From: Tolypothrix carrinoi HA7290-LM1 | Lineage (GTDB): Bacteria; Cyanobacteriota; Cyanobacteriia; Cyanobacteriales; Nostocaceae | Assembly: GCA_019358935.1 (NCBI GenBank) | Contig: JAHHIK010000002.1 | Coordinates: 64,001 to 128,000 of the forward strand | Length of the DNA: 64,000 nucleotides | Direction of reading: 5' to 3' | In this document: positions 9,270 through 20,509 of the stretch, one piece after another | Layout: every line of letters starts with the position of its first letter | How positions within the stretch are numbered: position 1 is the stretch's first letter | Program-made: the position numbers and the translations under genes | Notes under the pieces: generated by a model | The model's input: the letters and a program-made list of their open reading frames with translations, nothing else | Databases searched by the model: none | What the model was told of the DNA's origin: nothing

Positions 9270-11684
9270 CTAACTTCTCAAACTGACACCGAATTTCTCA
9301 ACTAATGCTTCGCGGACTTTGTTGTGTACTGGTTCGACTTCAGCATCAGTGAGAGTACGATCGCTTGTCCGATAAACTAAACGAAACGCCAAACTGCGTT
9401 GTCCTTTTGGTACATTATCACCGCGATATTCATCAAATAATTCCACAGATTTTAATAAATCTTTACCTGCTTTGGCGATCGCTTTTTCAATTTCCGCAAC
9501 AGTTACCTTAATCGGTGCAAAAAAGGCGATATCGCGATCGGCTGCTGGATAAGTAGAATAAGGTTTAAATTGCGGTACTAGTATTTCATCTCTTTCTAGA
9601 GAATCCAACAGCACATCTAAATCCAGTTGAAACACGTAAACCGAATCTGGTAAACCTTTTTCCCGTCGCACTTGCGGATGTAACTGTCCAAAAGTACCGA
9701 GTCGATTACCGCGTATCCATAAAGACGCGGTACGTCCGGGATGCAAGCGGGAATTTTGATTATCTGGTTGATATTCTACCTGCAAACCAAGTTGCTGAAA
9801 TACACTTTCTATAATGCCTTTGGCTTCAAACCATGTTAAAGGTTGTTCGCCACTTGACCATTTACCGACAGTGCGATCGCCTCCCATAATTCCGGCTATG
9901 GCTTCAGCTTCTTGCAAACCGTCTTCTTCTCGCCAAAAAATTCGCCCAATTTCAAAGCCGTTCAGCGAACCGTTTCCTTGCTCTATATTATATTGAAAAG
10001 CATCAATCAACCCGGAAATTAACTCAGTTCGCAGCGCCGAATATTCTGTAAATAACGGGTTTGACAGCACTATCTGCGTTTCTTGTTGTGGTTTCACCAA
10101 AGAGTAGTGTATTAGTTCTGTCAATCCTTCCGCACGGAGAGAAGCTCGCAATTTGCGTATAAGTTCCTGATCTAAAGGCAAATAACCAGCTTCCGATTTA
10201 TCTGGTAAAGTATCACAAAAGTTATCGTAACCGTAAAGACGGGCAATTTCTTCAATTAAATCGATTTCCCGTTCTAAATCGCGGTAACGATAGGGTGGGA
10301 CAGTTACTGTCCAAGCACCTTCACCTTTATAAGTTAGCTGACATCCCAATGCAGTTAGAATGCGTTCAACATCTTGCGCTTCGAGTTCTCCGGTTTTCTC
10401 GTTTATTTCGATTGGTCCGAGAACTTGATTAACTCGTTCTAAACGCAGTGCGATCGCCCGACTCCAAGTAGAAGGATCGGGGCGCGTATCGGCAATTTCC
10501 TGATTTACAATACTTCCCTGTGCTATCTCCACCATCATCGATAAAGCGCGGCGTGTAGCTTTTTCCAACTCAGCGCGGTTTACACCTCGTTCATATCTTC
10601 CAGAAGCTTCTGTTCTCAAGCCGATGCTACGCGAAGAACGGCGAATTGCTACAGAGTCAAATAACGCCGCTTCTAAAAAGATATTTTGCGTACCTTCATA
10701 TACTTCGGTTTCTTCTCCACCCATCACCCCCGCTAAAGCAACGGGTTTATTGTTTGCCGTGATTAACAAATTTTGAGTAGTTAGATTGCGGGTTTGTCCA
10801 TCGAGAGTTTTCAGCGATTCTCCCGCATTAGCGAAACGCACCCCAACTTGGATTTTGCCACCCAAGCGATCGCCATCAAATGCGTGTAACGGTTGTCCCC
10901 ATTCCAACAACACATAATTAGTAATATCCACAACATTATTTATCGGTCGCGTTCCCGCAGCCCGCAAACGTTGTTGCAACCAATCAGGAGAAGGCGCAAT
11001 TTTGACATTTTCAATTAGCGTACCAATGTAAGCCGGACAAGCTTGCGTCTCATCAATTTTTAAAGTGAAATTTCCCGCACCCTGAGGAACAGACACCTCA
11101 CCCGGTTCAGGAATTGTCAACTTTCCACCTGTCAGCGCTGCTACTTCCCGCGCTATCCCTACCATACTTAAAGCATCAGCGCGATTAGCAGTAGCAGTGA
11201 CATCTAAAATCACATCATCCAAACCCAACAAAGGACGCACATCGCTACCCAGTTGGAGATTTTCTTGAGGAAAAATATGAATTCCGTCTACATCAGTCGG
11301 TAAACCGAGTTCCTTCAAAGAACAAATCATTCCTTGAGAAGGAACACCTCGCAGTTTCGCCGGCTTGATTTTTAAATCGATATTTGGTAAATAAGTTCCT
11401 GTAGTTGCTACTGGTACATAAATATCTGCTCGGACATTCGCAGCACCACAGACGATATTTAAAGTCTCAGAAGCACCGATATCAACTTGGCAAACACTCA
11501 ACTTATCAGCGTTAGGGTGAGGTTGTTTTTCAAGCACTCTGCCAACAACAACACCTGAAGCCCAAGTGCGGCGGTCTTCAATATCTTCTACCTCAAACCC
11601 TGCCATTGTCAAGGTTTCGGCTAAATCTTCCGGGTTTATTTTTATCTCAACTAGTTCCCGCAGCCAACTTAGAGAAATACGCAT
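9270..11684 (-). CDS. pheT: Phenylalanine-tRNA ligase beta subunit
   Basis: [10 protein letters not shown] start, [34 protein letters not shown]-terminal anticodon-binding domain. Confidence 0.98.
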   Translation of the reverse strand: MRISLSWLRELVEIKINPEDLAETLTMAGFEVEDIEDRRTWASGVVVGRVLEKQPHPNADKLSVCQVDIGASETLNIVCGAANVRADIYVPVATTGTYLPNIDLKIKPAKLRGVPSQGMICSLKELGLPTDVDGIHIFPQENLQLGSDVRPLLGLDDVILDVTATANRADALSMVGIAREVAALTGGKLTIPEPGEVSVPQGAGNFTLKIDETQACPAYIGTLIENVKIAPSPDWLQQRLRAAGTRPINNVVDITNYVLLEWGQPLHAFDGDRLGGKIQVGVRFANAGESLKTLDGQTRNLTTQNLLITANNKPVALAGVMGGEETEVYEGTQNIFLEAALFDSVAIRRSSRSIGLRTEASGRYERGVNRAELEKATRRALSMMVEIAQGSIVNQEIADTRPDPSTWSRAIALRLERVNQVLGPIEINEKTGELEAQDVERILTALGCQLTYKGEGAWTVTVPPYRYRDLEREIDLIEEIARLYGYDNFCDTLPDKSEAGYLPLDQELIRKLRASLRAEGLTELIHYSLVKPQQETQIVLSNPLFTEYSALRTELISGLIDAFQYNIEQGNGSLNGFEIGRIFWREEDGLQEAEAIAGIMGGDRTVGKWSSGEQPLTWFEAKGIIESVFQQLGLQVEYQPDNQNSRLHPGRTASLWIRGNRLGTFGQLHPQVRREKGLPDSVYVFQLDLDVLLDSLERDEILVPQFKPYSTYPAADRDIAFFAPIKVTVAEIEKAIAKAGKDLLKSVELFDEYRGDNVPKGQRSLAFRLVYRTSDRTLTDAEVEPVHNKVREALVEKFGVSLRS

Positions 11685-12061
11685 GGAGTGTGCTTGCTAA
11701 TTCTATGAATCGTATCAATGCTTCAATTTTAGATTGTAAGAGAGGCGATCGCTCTTGCACCCCCTCAGTTACCCCCTAACTTGAATAATCCTACTACAAC
11801 GTTGTACTTACCAAAAAACTCTCCTCTTACCTTTTCCCCTTCACTCGTTCTGAGGCTACTGCCTGGGTTCCAAAAAGTCAGACAAAAAAGGATGCGCCTT
11901 CTCCTTCAAAGACGCGAAGCGCGAACATCCGAGGCGGCGGTTCGCGCTCCCAGAATCTTCTGTCCGGCGACACGCCTTTGACTGGTGGGGTGTTGAGGAT
12001 CTTTAAAACAAGGAACCGTCTCAATTTTGTCCAGTTTTAGCGTAGGGAACGAGGACGAGGA

Positions 12062-12170
12062 TATATCGGTTCTCGGTTGCGTCCAATACACGCTCTTGTT
12101 CGGGTAGGGGCAATTCATGAATTGCCCCTACCAACTGATCGTGTATTTCACTCAATTGAGAACCGTTATA
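12062..12170. mobile_element. MITE-like element with imperfect 31-bp terminal inverted repeats and a central GTAGGGGCAATTCATGAATTGCCCCTAC palindrome
   Basis: Arms 12062-12092 and 12140-12170 match at 25/31. The central palindrome recurs at 59750-59777. Confidence 0.6.
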
Positions 12171-12196
12171 ATCCCCAGTCACCAGTCCAAGCGTCC

Positions 12197-13546
12197 CTAA
12201 CTCAAATGCATAAACACCATTTTCAGCAATTCTGAGCGACTAAACGGCTTAGTTAAATACCCCGATGCTCCCACCAATCGTGCTTTTATCTTATCTATAA
12301 TTCCCTTACTCCCAGTAACAAAAATGATTGGAGTTTCTTTGAACATTGAATTATTGCGTATTAGCCTACACAACTCATAACCATCAATTCCCGCCATATT
12401 CAAATCCAGTAATATCAAGTCTGGTTTGTGCCTAACAATCGACATTACCGCTTTTAGCGGATCGATAATTGTCACTACAAAAAAATTTTCATCTTCTAGT
12501 AAGCGAGTAATTTCTTTCAGCATTGTCGGGCTATCATCAACAGAAACTATTTTGTGAACTTTTCGCTCTGTTAAAGTAGCAATGTTTGTCTGATTTTTTG
12601 TTGCTAATTGCTGAAAATTATCACTGACAGAAGATATATCTGGTAATCGCAAAGAAGTATCTCTATTTTCGGCAATACTTGGCTTCTCGTTGCTAGTAGT
12701 GCTGCTGGGCGCTGCGATTTCAGCTAATTCGGCAATATCGCTATGATCTGGTAACTCTTCACAAGTCTTTGGGAATTTATCAAATGGTGGATCTGGTTCA
12801 TGTAATAACAGCGCTCCATGTAAGATATAAGGATGTAAAATTTGCGCCAGCTTTAATTCATCTTGATTCAGAATTACGGCAAGATGACGCAAGCTAAAAC
12901 CTTTCATCCAATGAGTTAAATTGGGCTGAAGTTCTGGAAGTTTTTCGGGTTTAACTCTCGAAGAAACGCATAAATAAGGGCGCTGAAATGGAGAAGAAAT
13001 TTGCGGCGCTAAAGAATGCCAATTTTGCAATCTTTCTTGACAGCATTCGATTACTTTCTCTACATCCTGGTTGCAAATATTTTGCAGATATGTATCTGTT
13101 AAATTATATGAACCTTGCTTGATTAAGAGAAATGATTCAATCACTTCTTTAACCACTTCTTGGATTAGCACTCCGGCTTGTGCCGAATTTAGATATTTTT
13201 GACTGACAAGCCAGCAAATAGCTTGATAATCAGGCGGCTGGTTTGCCAAATTGTCGTACATTTGTTTCAGCTTACCGTGTGAGTCACTTTCAAACATTAA
13301 GCGTAACTGAACACGGGTTTCGCTCTTTAACAGGGGAATTTGGCGGCTGAGACGGCGTAAATGCCGTTCTAGTCGATCAAAAGGTTCAACTGAATCGGTA
13401 GCATAAGTAATTTTACCCTGTTCTAAGTAGATCGACCAAGAAACTGAGTTGCTAGATGCTTGTAAACCAGTACTCTCCGAACAATTAGATAACTGTCTTA
13501 ACAAACTCAGGGGACTCAATTTGGTAAATGTGCCAGAATTATTCAT
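12197..13546 (-). CDS. PatA-family response regulator (PATAN/DUF4388 + receiver domain)
   Basis: PLSLLRQL...WSIYLEQGKI...DYQAICWLV PATAN-type N-terminus; C-terminal receiver (VDDS, LLD, KPF). Confidence 0.85.
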   Translation of the reverse strand: MNNSGTFTKLSPLSLLRQLSNCSESTGLQASSNSVSWSIYLEQGKITYATDSVEPFDRLERHLRRLSRQIPLLKSETRVQLRLMFESDSHGKLKQMYDNLANQPPDYQAICWLVSQKYLNSAQAGVLIQEVVKEVIESFLLIKQGSYNLTDTYLQNICNQDVEKVIECCQERLQNWHSLAPQISSPFQRPYLCVSSRVKPEKLPELQPNLTHWMKGFSLRHLAVILNQDELKLAQILHPYILHGALLLHEPDPPFDKFPKTCEELPDHSDIAELAEIAAPSSTTSNEKPSIAENRDTSLRLPDISSVSDNFQQLATKNQTNIATLTERKVHKIVSVDDSPTMLKEITRLLEDENFFVVTIIDPLKAVMSIVRHKPDLILLDLNMAGIDGYELCRLIRNNSMFKETPIIFVTGSKGIIDKIKARLVGASGYLTKPFSRSELLKMVFMHLS

Positions 13547-14158
13547 GTTTTTGGATAATTTGCGGTAAATTAGACCGAATACTTGTAAATTCTAAGTATC
13601 GGTAAATGAGGCACCCTGAAAGAATTGAATTTTTCTCTACAAAGAAATTTTTCAGTTTGGCTATGCAGTTATATTACATATCTGCAAAAATTACCATATC
13701 TTTAATTTGTTACATTTTGCACTATATATTGAAATAAAATATTTTCTGCTTCATTTTAATTTTAAGTGTGCATAGTTACACAAGTATAGTGAGAAAGCTG
13801 ATTAGATTAAATATGATGAATTGCTTTCATCTAAAATCTGACTTGACTACATAGAATCTTTAAAATTCAACATGAGCAGGGCACGCGATCCTTGATATTC
13901 TATAAGGGTTATTTATAAATTTGACTAGATGCAGTGCTACAGGTAATGCGAGTCCCTGGTAAATTCCCTTTTACTCAACTACGTTGTAAGTTAAGATTTT
14001 ATTAAATGCTTAGGGATTTTGCTAGTAGTAATCTGTTTAATAAATAAGAGAGCACTCTGACAAACAACTACAAAAATGTAGGTTTGTTCGGCGCTTTCAA
14101 TTATATACTTTGAGAAAAGGGAAACAAGGCTTTGGACTTTAACATAACACAACAAGTT

Positions 14159-14833
14159 ATGCAGGATACATTAAAACTAGATGAAGTAGTTGAATTTGCT
14201 GAGAACCCAGAACCACGTTGTCCTTGCGTGTTATTACTAGATACCTCAGGTTCGATGCATGGAGAGCCGATTGAGGCTTTAAATCAGGGCTTGCTCAGTT
14301 TGAAGGACGAATTAGTAAAAAATTCCCTTGCGGCACGAAGAGTAGAAGTAGCAATTGTTACTTTTGACAGCAACGTAAATGTAGTGCAAGACTTTGTGAC
14401 TGCCGATCAATTCAATCCGCCGATTTTGACAGCACAAGGATTGACAACTATGGGTTCGGGAATTAATAAAGCCTTGGATTTGATTCAAGAGCGCAAAGTT
14501 CAATATCGCACGAACGGCATTGCTTACTATCGTCCTTGGGTATTTATGATTACCGATGGAGAACCGCAAGGCGAATTAGAGCAATCGATAGAGCAAGCGT
14601 CCCAGCGTTTGCAAACAGATGAAATAAATAAACGTGTTGCTTTTTTTACCGTTGGGGTGGAAAATGCTAATATGACACGCTTAAGTAAAATTGCTGTACG
14701 TACTCCTCTGAAGCTCCAAGGACTGAACTTTATAGAGATGTTTGTTTGGTTATCGGCGAGTATGTCAGCGGTTTCGCATTCACAGGTAGACGAACAGGTT
14801 GCACTACCACCAATCGGCTGGGGATCTGTTTAA
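14159..14833 (+). CDS. vWA-domain protein (TerY/YegL-like)
   Basis: NPEPRCPCVLLLDTSGSM MIDAS motif, YRPWVFMITDGEP. Confidence 0.92.
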   Translation: MQDTLKLDEVVEFAENPEPRCPCVLLLDTSGSMHGEPIEALNQGLLSLKDELVKNSLAARRVEVAIVTFDSNVNVVQDFVTADQFNPPILTAQGLTTMGSGINKALDLIQERKVQYRTNGIAYYRPWVFMITDGEPQGELEQSIEQASQRLQTDEINKRVAFFTVGVENANMTRLSKIAVRTPLKLQGLNFIEMFVWLSASMSAVSHSQVDEQVALPPIGWGSV

Positions 14834-14903
14834 GGACGCGATCGCTCTTTTATGCGGCGGCTGACGCATCGCCTTTGATTATGTTTACACAGCTGTTGGC
14901 AAA

Positions 14904-15683
14904 ATGAACACATCAAGCAAGATATCTCAATGGCGGGTAGTAGCCGCATCTGTAGGTGGTACGAGTCATTTAAAAAACAAACAGCTGTGTCAAGACGCAC
15001 ATCATTGGCAAATATTGCCAGATAACGTTTTGATAGCAGCGGTAGCAGATGGTGCAGGAAGTGCAGCAAGCGGGAAAGTTGGCGCGATGGTGGCTGTAGA
15101 AGCAGCTATCGAAAATATATCTGTTAAACAATTCACCCGACGAAGCTTGGATGATGATGAACAAGTGCGCGAACTTTTGAATGATGCGATCGTCGCGGCA
15201 AAAATTGCCGTAGAGGATGAAGCGACAGTTTGTGACAAACAGCCACAAGATTTAGCAACAACCTTAATTATCACGATTGCTACACCAGAACTTGTCGCAG
15301 TCGTGCAGATCGGTGATGGAATGGCAGTGGCGAAGGATCGCATGGGCAACTTACTTGCTCTAACTATGCCTGATAACGGCGAATACATCAACGCCACCAC
15401 ATTTTTAACTTCGCCTAATGCCCTAGATACAGCGCAAATGAGATTATGGCGCGAAGCCATAATCAACGTTGGTGTTCTTACCGACGGGTTACAAATGCTG
15501 GCATTAAACATGGCTGAAGGTGCGCCTCATAAACCGTTCTTTTTTCCTCTATTTGACTTTGCAGCAAATGCCGAGGATAAAGCAGCGGCAAAAGAGCAGT
15601 TGGTGAGGTTTTTACGTTCGGATCGAATCACGCAACGTACTGATGATGACTTAACGCTAATAATTGCTGCCTTAAGCGATTAA
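14904..15683 (+). CDS. PP2C-like Ser/Thr phosphatase (YegK/PphC-like)
   Basis: GTSH...CQD, VADGAGSA, IGDG, TDGL, DDDLT motifs. Confidence 0.92.
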   Translation: MNTSSKISQWRVVAASVGGTSHLKNKQLCQDAHHWQILPDNVLIAAVADGAGSAASGKVGAMVAVEAAIENISVKQFTRRSLDDDEQVRELLNDAIVAAKIAVEDEATVCDKQPQDLATTLIITIATPELVAVVQIGDGMAVAKDRMGNLLALTMPDNGEYINATTFLTSPNALDTAQMRLWREAIINVGVLTDGLQMLALNMAEGAPHKPFFFPLFDFAANAEDKAAAKEQLVRFLRSDRITQRTDDDLTLIIAALSD

Positions 15684-15734
15684 AAGCGTAGTTCTTTTTT
15701 AACTTAAATAACTCCCGTAAATTGTAATTCTATC

Positions 15735-17906
15735 ATGCAGGTTCTACGTTGTCTTACCAACCAAGAAATCCTCAACCTCACCATTAGTTTAGGGCGAGGC
15801 GGAGAAGCTTGTATTTATGCTGTGCCCAGCGATGGCAATTTAGTGGCAAAAGTTTATCACAAGCCAACTGAGCAACACGGGCGGAAACTTTTGGCAATGC
15901 TTGCCAACCCACCAGAAAACCCTACAGCTAGTTTAGGGCATATTTCTATTGCTTGGCCCTATGAACCGCTCAAAGCAGTAGACGGAAGCGATCGCATTAT
16001 TGGCTTTTTAATGCCGCGCATTCGAGGGATGCGTCCGGCGATCGACTTCTACAACCCCAGAACTAGGCGCGAACAGTGTCCATTATTTAATTATCAATAT
16101 TTGCTGCGTACCGCTCGCAATTTGGCGGCAGCTTTTGCGGCTTTGCACAACAGTGGCTACTGCGTCGGCGATGTGAATGAGTCGAATATCATGGTCAGCG
16201 ACACAGCATTAGTGACGCTGGTAGATACAGATTCGTTCCAAGTACGCGATGCAAACCAAAATGTAATTTTCCGCTGCCAAGTTGGTAAACCAGAGTTTAC
16301 TCCACCAGAACTACAAAATAAAATTTTTGCTCAATATGATCGCGCGATCGCCCATGACTTATTTGGGTTGGGAGTACTGATATTTCAACTGTTAATGGAA
16401 GGTACACATCCATTTTCTGGTATCTATCAAGGTGCAGGCGAACCACCCACCTACGAAGCACGCATTGCCAATGGTCATTTTACTTACAGTCAACAGCGCC
16501 GCGTCCCTTACACTCCTACCCCGATAGCACCAGCTTGGGAAATTCTTCCTCCCAGCTTGCAAGAAATGTTTGTCCGCTGTTTTGAGCATGGTCATAACAA
16601 CCCACAGATGCGTCCCAGCGCTCAAACTTGGCTGTTAGAACTAGCTGAAATCGAAAATGACCTGATTACCTGCACAGTCAACTCCCAGCACCGCTATAGC
16701 AGCCACCTGCACAAGTGTCCTTGGTGCGAACGTACCTTGCGCTTAGGCGGACGTGACCCCTTTCCATCACAGCAGGCAATACAATCAAAACAACATCTAC
16801 AACCGCGCAGACAAACTCGACGCAACACAAGTCCGACACGCGGCAACAACGTTTCTCCAATTCCAGCAAACCAGATTAATTATCGGCAAGTAGCACCGCA
16901 AAAATTTTCTTATTATCAATCTCGCAAAAAATCAAAATTTTACCCAGTGATTTTGTGCTTGTTGGGTTTTGGGATGTTGGGATATTTAGACGTAATGATT
17001 AAATTTACTCGTCCCTTAGTTTCCCAAAATCAATATGCTCAACAAACCTTGATGTCTCGCAAAGAGCAAAGCAAAAATAATCTCACTTTTGCAGATTATT
17101 ATAAACAGGGTCATGCCTCTTATAAAGTGCGAGACTATGAACACGCACTAAGCGATTTTAGCCAAGCAATCAAAAAAAATCCGACACATGCCAAAGCACA
17201 TATTAACCGTGGTAATACCCGTTACAACCTGAAAGACTATGATGGTGCAGTTACCGACTACAGTCAGGCAATACAAATCGATCCTAATGAAATAAAAGCT
17301 TATGTAAATCGGGGCAATGCCCGCTATATGCTAGCCGAATATAGCAGCGATCCCGATAGAGATTACAATTTAGCTTTATCAGACTTTAATAATGCTTTGC
17401 GTCTGAATCCTAATGAAGCCGAAGCTTATATCAGACGCGGTATAGTCCGTTCCCAACTTGCTAAATATAGCGGCGATTCTCAACAAGATTACCGCAAAGC
17501 AATTGGAGACTTTAATAGTGCGATCGCTTTAAATGCAGACAAGCCAGAAGCTTACTTTCAGCGGGGTCTTGTTCGTTATCAAATTGGTCAATACAGCAGC
17601 GACTTCGATCAAGAATATAAAGAAGCGATCGCCGACTTTAACCAAGCATTACGCATCGATTCTCGAAGTGCGAAAGTTTACTTAAGACGAGGTATAGTTC
17701 GCTACGAACTTTCCCAGTATGGCGGCAAGAATTCTAGTACAAATCATACGCAAGCGATCGCCGATTTGCAGACATCTGCCAAAATTTTCCTTGAGCAAGA
17801 GGATATGGATAATTACCAACAAGCATTAAGCAGCATTTGCGTTGTTTTGGAAAACAAATGTGACACTTTCTTTGACAATACAACTGGCTTAGTAAAAGGT
17901 AGCTAA
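15735..17906 (+). CDS. YegI-like Ser/Thr kinase with Cys/His motif, a transmembrane helix and C-terminal TPRs
   Basis: GRGGEA, VAKVY, GDVNESN, DTDSFQ, PEFTPPE, GTHPF; C...H...CPWC; hydrophobic segment FYPVILCLLGFGMLG; TPR repeats. Confidence 0.9.
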   Translation: MQVLRCLTNQEILNLTISLGRGGEACIYAVPSDGNLVAKVYHKPTEQHGRKLLAMLANPPENPTASLGHISIAWPYEPLKAVDGSDRIIGFLMPRIRGMRPAIDFYNPRTRREQCPLFNYQYLLRTARNLAAAFAALHNSGYCVGDVNESNIMVSDTALVTLVDTDSFQVRDANQNVIFRCQVGKPEFTPPELQNKIFAQYDRAIAHDLFGLGVLIFQLLMEGTHPFSGIYQGAGEPPTYEARIANGHFTYSQQRRVPYTPTPIAPAWEILPPSLQEMFVRCFEHGHNNPQMRPSAQTWLLELAEIENDLITCTVNSQHRYSSHLHKCPWCERTLRLGGRDPFPSQQAIQSKQHLQPRRQTRRNTSPTRGNNVSPIPANQINYRQVAPQKFSYYQSRKKSKFYPVILCLLGFGMLGYLDVMIKFTRPLVSQNQYAQQTLMSRKEQSKNNLTFADYYKQGHASYKVRDYEHALSDFSQAIKKNPTHAKAHINRGNTRYNLKDYDGAVTDYSQAIQIDPNEIKAYVNRGNARYMLAEYSSDPDRDYNLALSDFNNALRLNPNEAEAYIRRGIVRSQLAKYSGDSQQDYRKAIGDFNSAIALNADKPEAYFQRGLVRYQIGQYSSDFDQEYKEAIADFNQALRIDSRSAKVYLRRGIVRYELSQYGGKNSSTNHTQAIADLQTSAKIFLEQEDMDNYQQALSSICVVLENKCDTFFDNTTGLVKGS

Positions 17907-17946
17907 AAACTGAAAAACGTCCTAACTAACAATTAAATACTTTGTA

Positions 17947-17988
17947 ATTAGAAAGAGCTAACCCACGCTTAGGTTAGCTCTTTCTAAT
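17947..17988 (+). terminator. Stem-loop/terminator after the kinase gene
   Basis: Perfect 17-bp inverted repeat ATTAGAAAGAGCTAACC / GGTTAGCTCTTTCTAAT. Confidence 0.65.
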
Positions 17989-18239
17989 AATATCTATTTT
18001 TTATTTTTATTCAAAGAAAAACAATTTTTTACATTGATCGTCAGCATTCACAAAGCTTTTTCGTTTTTTTACACATAAAACAAGTTTATTTACCTTGTCT
18101 TCATACTTAAGACGGAAAATACGGTTAGATTTATTACTGAGAAAATCGACAATTAACTTTTTCTCATAAGTTAAGTTGATACATTCTCAGTTGAGATAAG
18201 TCCAAATACTCATCTACCTAAAAATTCCGAGGTAATTGC

Positions 18240-19013
18240 ATGAAAGCAGTGATTTTGGCTGGAGGACTTGGTACGCGTCTGAGTGAAGAAACTAGCATTA
18301 AACCCAAGCCGATGGTCGAGATTGGTGGTAAGCCCATCCTGTGGCACATCATGAAAACTTATTCTGCACACGGTATTGATGACTTTATCATCTGTTGCGG
18401 TTATAAAGGGTACGTAATCAAGGAGTATTTTGCCAATTACTTCTTACACATGTCAGACGTAACCTTTGATATGCGCTTTAACCAGATGAACGTGCATCGT
18501 GGTAGTGCTGAACCCTGGCGTATCACCTTAGTAGATACAGGTGATAGTACCATGACAGGCGGACGCTTGAAGCGAGTCGCAGACCATGTTGGGAATGAAA
18601 CTTTTTGCTTCACCTACGGTGACGGTGTTAGCAATGTGAATATCACTGAGTTAATTAACTTTCACAAAGAACAAAAAACTTTAGGTACACTCACCGCAGT
18701 TCAACCAGCCGGACGCTTTGGTGCCATATCCTTAGGACACGACCAAACTAAAATCAACAGCTTCCGCGAAAAACAAGATGGTGATGGTGCTTGGATTAAT
18801 GGCGGTTATTTTATCCTAGAACCGGAAGTAATCAACTTGATTGCTGGTGATTCCACCGTTTGGGAACAGCAACCATTAGAAAAGCTTGCAGAAATGGATC
18901 AGCTATCTGCTTACAGACATGACGGTTTTTGGCAACCGATGGATACTTTGCGCGATAGAAACTACCTCGAAGACCTATGGAAGAATAACAAAGCTCCTTG
19001 GAAAGTGTGGTAA
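18240..19013 (+). CDS. rfbF: Glucose-1-phosphate cytidylyltransferase
   Basis: [43 protein letters not shown]. Confidence 0.96.
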   Translation: MKAVILAGGLGTRLSEETSIKPKPMVEIGGKPILWHIMKTYSAHGIDDFIICCGYKGYVIKEYFANYFLHMSDVTFDMRFNQMNVHRGSAEPWRITLVDTGDSTMTGGRLKRVADHVGNETFCFTYGDGVSNVNITELINFHKEQKTLGTLTAVQPAGRFGAISLGHDQTKINSFREKQDGDGAWINGGYFILEPEVINLIAGDSTVWEQQPLEKLAEMDQLSAYRHDGFWQPMDTLRDRNYLEDLWKNNKAPWKVW

Positions 19014-19150
19014 GCAAGGTTATGAGTTATGTAGAGACGTTCCAATGGAACGTCTGTACCGGAGTTATGAATTAAGAATTGAATTTAACTTAAAAAACCT
19101 CCTGACTCATAAAATTTAAACTTTTGTAATTAAAGGTGCAAAAAATACCA

Positions 19151-20365
19151 ATGTATGATTTTGGGATAATAGGTGGGGGAATAGTTGGACTCTCTACAGC
19201 AATGGCTTTGGGCAAACGCTATCCCAATGCAAAAATTTTAGTTTTAGAAAAAGAGAGCAAATGGGCATTTCACCAAACTGGTAACAACAGCGGTGTAATT
19301 CATTCTGGTATCTACTACAAGCCAGGAAGTTTCAAAGCTAAATTTTGCCGTGATGGTAGTCGCTCAATGGTAGAATTCTGCCAAGAGCATGATATTGCTC
19401 ATGAAGTTTGCGGTAAAGTAATTGTCGCCACCGATGAACAAGAGCTACCGCGCTTAGAAAATCTTTACAAGCGCGGCTTGGAAAACGGTCTAGAAGTTAA
19501 GCGAATCAGTGCCGAAGAAGTCAAAGAAATTGAACCTCATGTCACTTGCGTAGCCGGCATCCGCGTATATTCAACTGGTATTGCCAATTATAAGCAAGTT
19601 TGTTTAAAGTACGCAGAGTTAATTGCAAAGCAAGGTGGCGAACTGCGTCTAAATACAAAAGTTGAGAAAATTTCGCGCAGTGGTAAAAATCAAGTACTGG
19701 AAACTAATAACGGTACTTTTGAAACTCGCTTTGTAATTAATTGTGCCGGATTGCATAGCGATCGCCTAGCCAAATTAGCTCAAGTAGATCCGCAAGCCAA
19801 AATAGTACCATTCCGGGGCGAATACTACGAACTCACACCAGAAAAGCGCTATCTTGTCAAGACTTTAATTTACCCCGTTCCCAACCCAGATTTTCCCTTC
19901 TTGGGCGTCCACTTTACCAAGATGATAGATGGTAGCGTCCACGCAGGACCCAATGCAGTTCTCAGCCTCAAGCGTGAAGGATACAAAAAGACAGACTTTG
20001 ATTTGCGTGATTTTGCAGAAGTCATGACTTATCCAGGTTTCTGGAAATTAGCAGCAAAACACGCCGACGAAGGCATTCAAGAAATCATTCGCTCTTTTAG
20101 TAAAGCAGCCTTCACCAGAAGTTTACAAAAATTAATTCCGGAAGTTAAATCGGAGGATTTAATTCCCTGCCATGCAGGAGTTCGCGCTCAAGCTTTAATG
20201 AACGACGGTAAACTAGTAGACGACTTTTTGATTGTTCAAGATCGAAACTCCGTCCATGTTTGCAACGCTCCTTCTCCTGCTGCCACTTCTTCACTGGAAA
20301 TTGGTAAAGCCATTGTTGCTCAAATTCCCGAACAATCGCATCTTTTAACAGCAGCAGTTAATTAA
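19151..20365 (+). CDS. lhgO: L-2-hydroxyglutarate oxidase family protein
   Basis: GGGIVG, HQTGNNSGVIHSGIYY, PFLGVHFT, NAPSPAATSS. Confidence 0.9.
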   Translation: MYDFGIIGGGIVGLSTAMALGKRYPNAKILVLEKESKWAFHQTGNNSGVIHSGIYYKPGSFKAKFCRDGSRSMVEFCQEHDIAHEVCGKVIVATDEQELPRLENLYKRGLENGLEVKRISAEEVKEIEPHVTCVAGIRVYSTGIANYKQVCLKYAELIAKQGGELRLNTKVEKISRSGKNQVLETNNGTFETRFVINCAGLHSDRLAKLAQVDPQAKIVPFRGEYYELTPEKRYLVKTLIYPVPNPDFPFLGVHFTKMIDGSVHAGPNAVLSLKREGYKKTDFDLRDFAEVMTYPGFWKLAAKHADEGIQEIIRSFSKAAFTRSLQKLIPEVKSEDLIPCHAGVRAQALMNDGKLVDDFLIVQDRNSVHVCNAPSPAATSSLEIGKAIVAQIPEQSHLLTAAVN

Positions 20366-20509
20366 TTTTTGATTAGTTAGTTTGCATCTACCCTAAATTA
20401 GCCTGTACTAGCCAGGGAGCGCAGGCATTGTTTAATCAGTCGCTAGATAGGCATACTACATTATTTCTAGCGTTGTAGAATAAGCGAATTAGTATCAGGG
20501 ATTTCCGTT

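Noticed and set aside
12197..13546. patA itself
   Set aside because: Same domain architecture, but orthology cannot be established by eye, so it is left as a family-level call.
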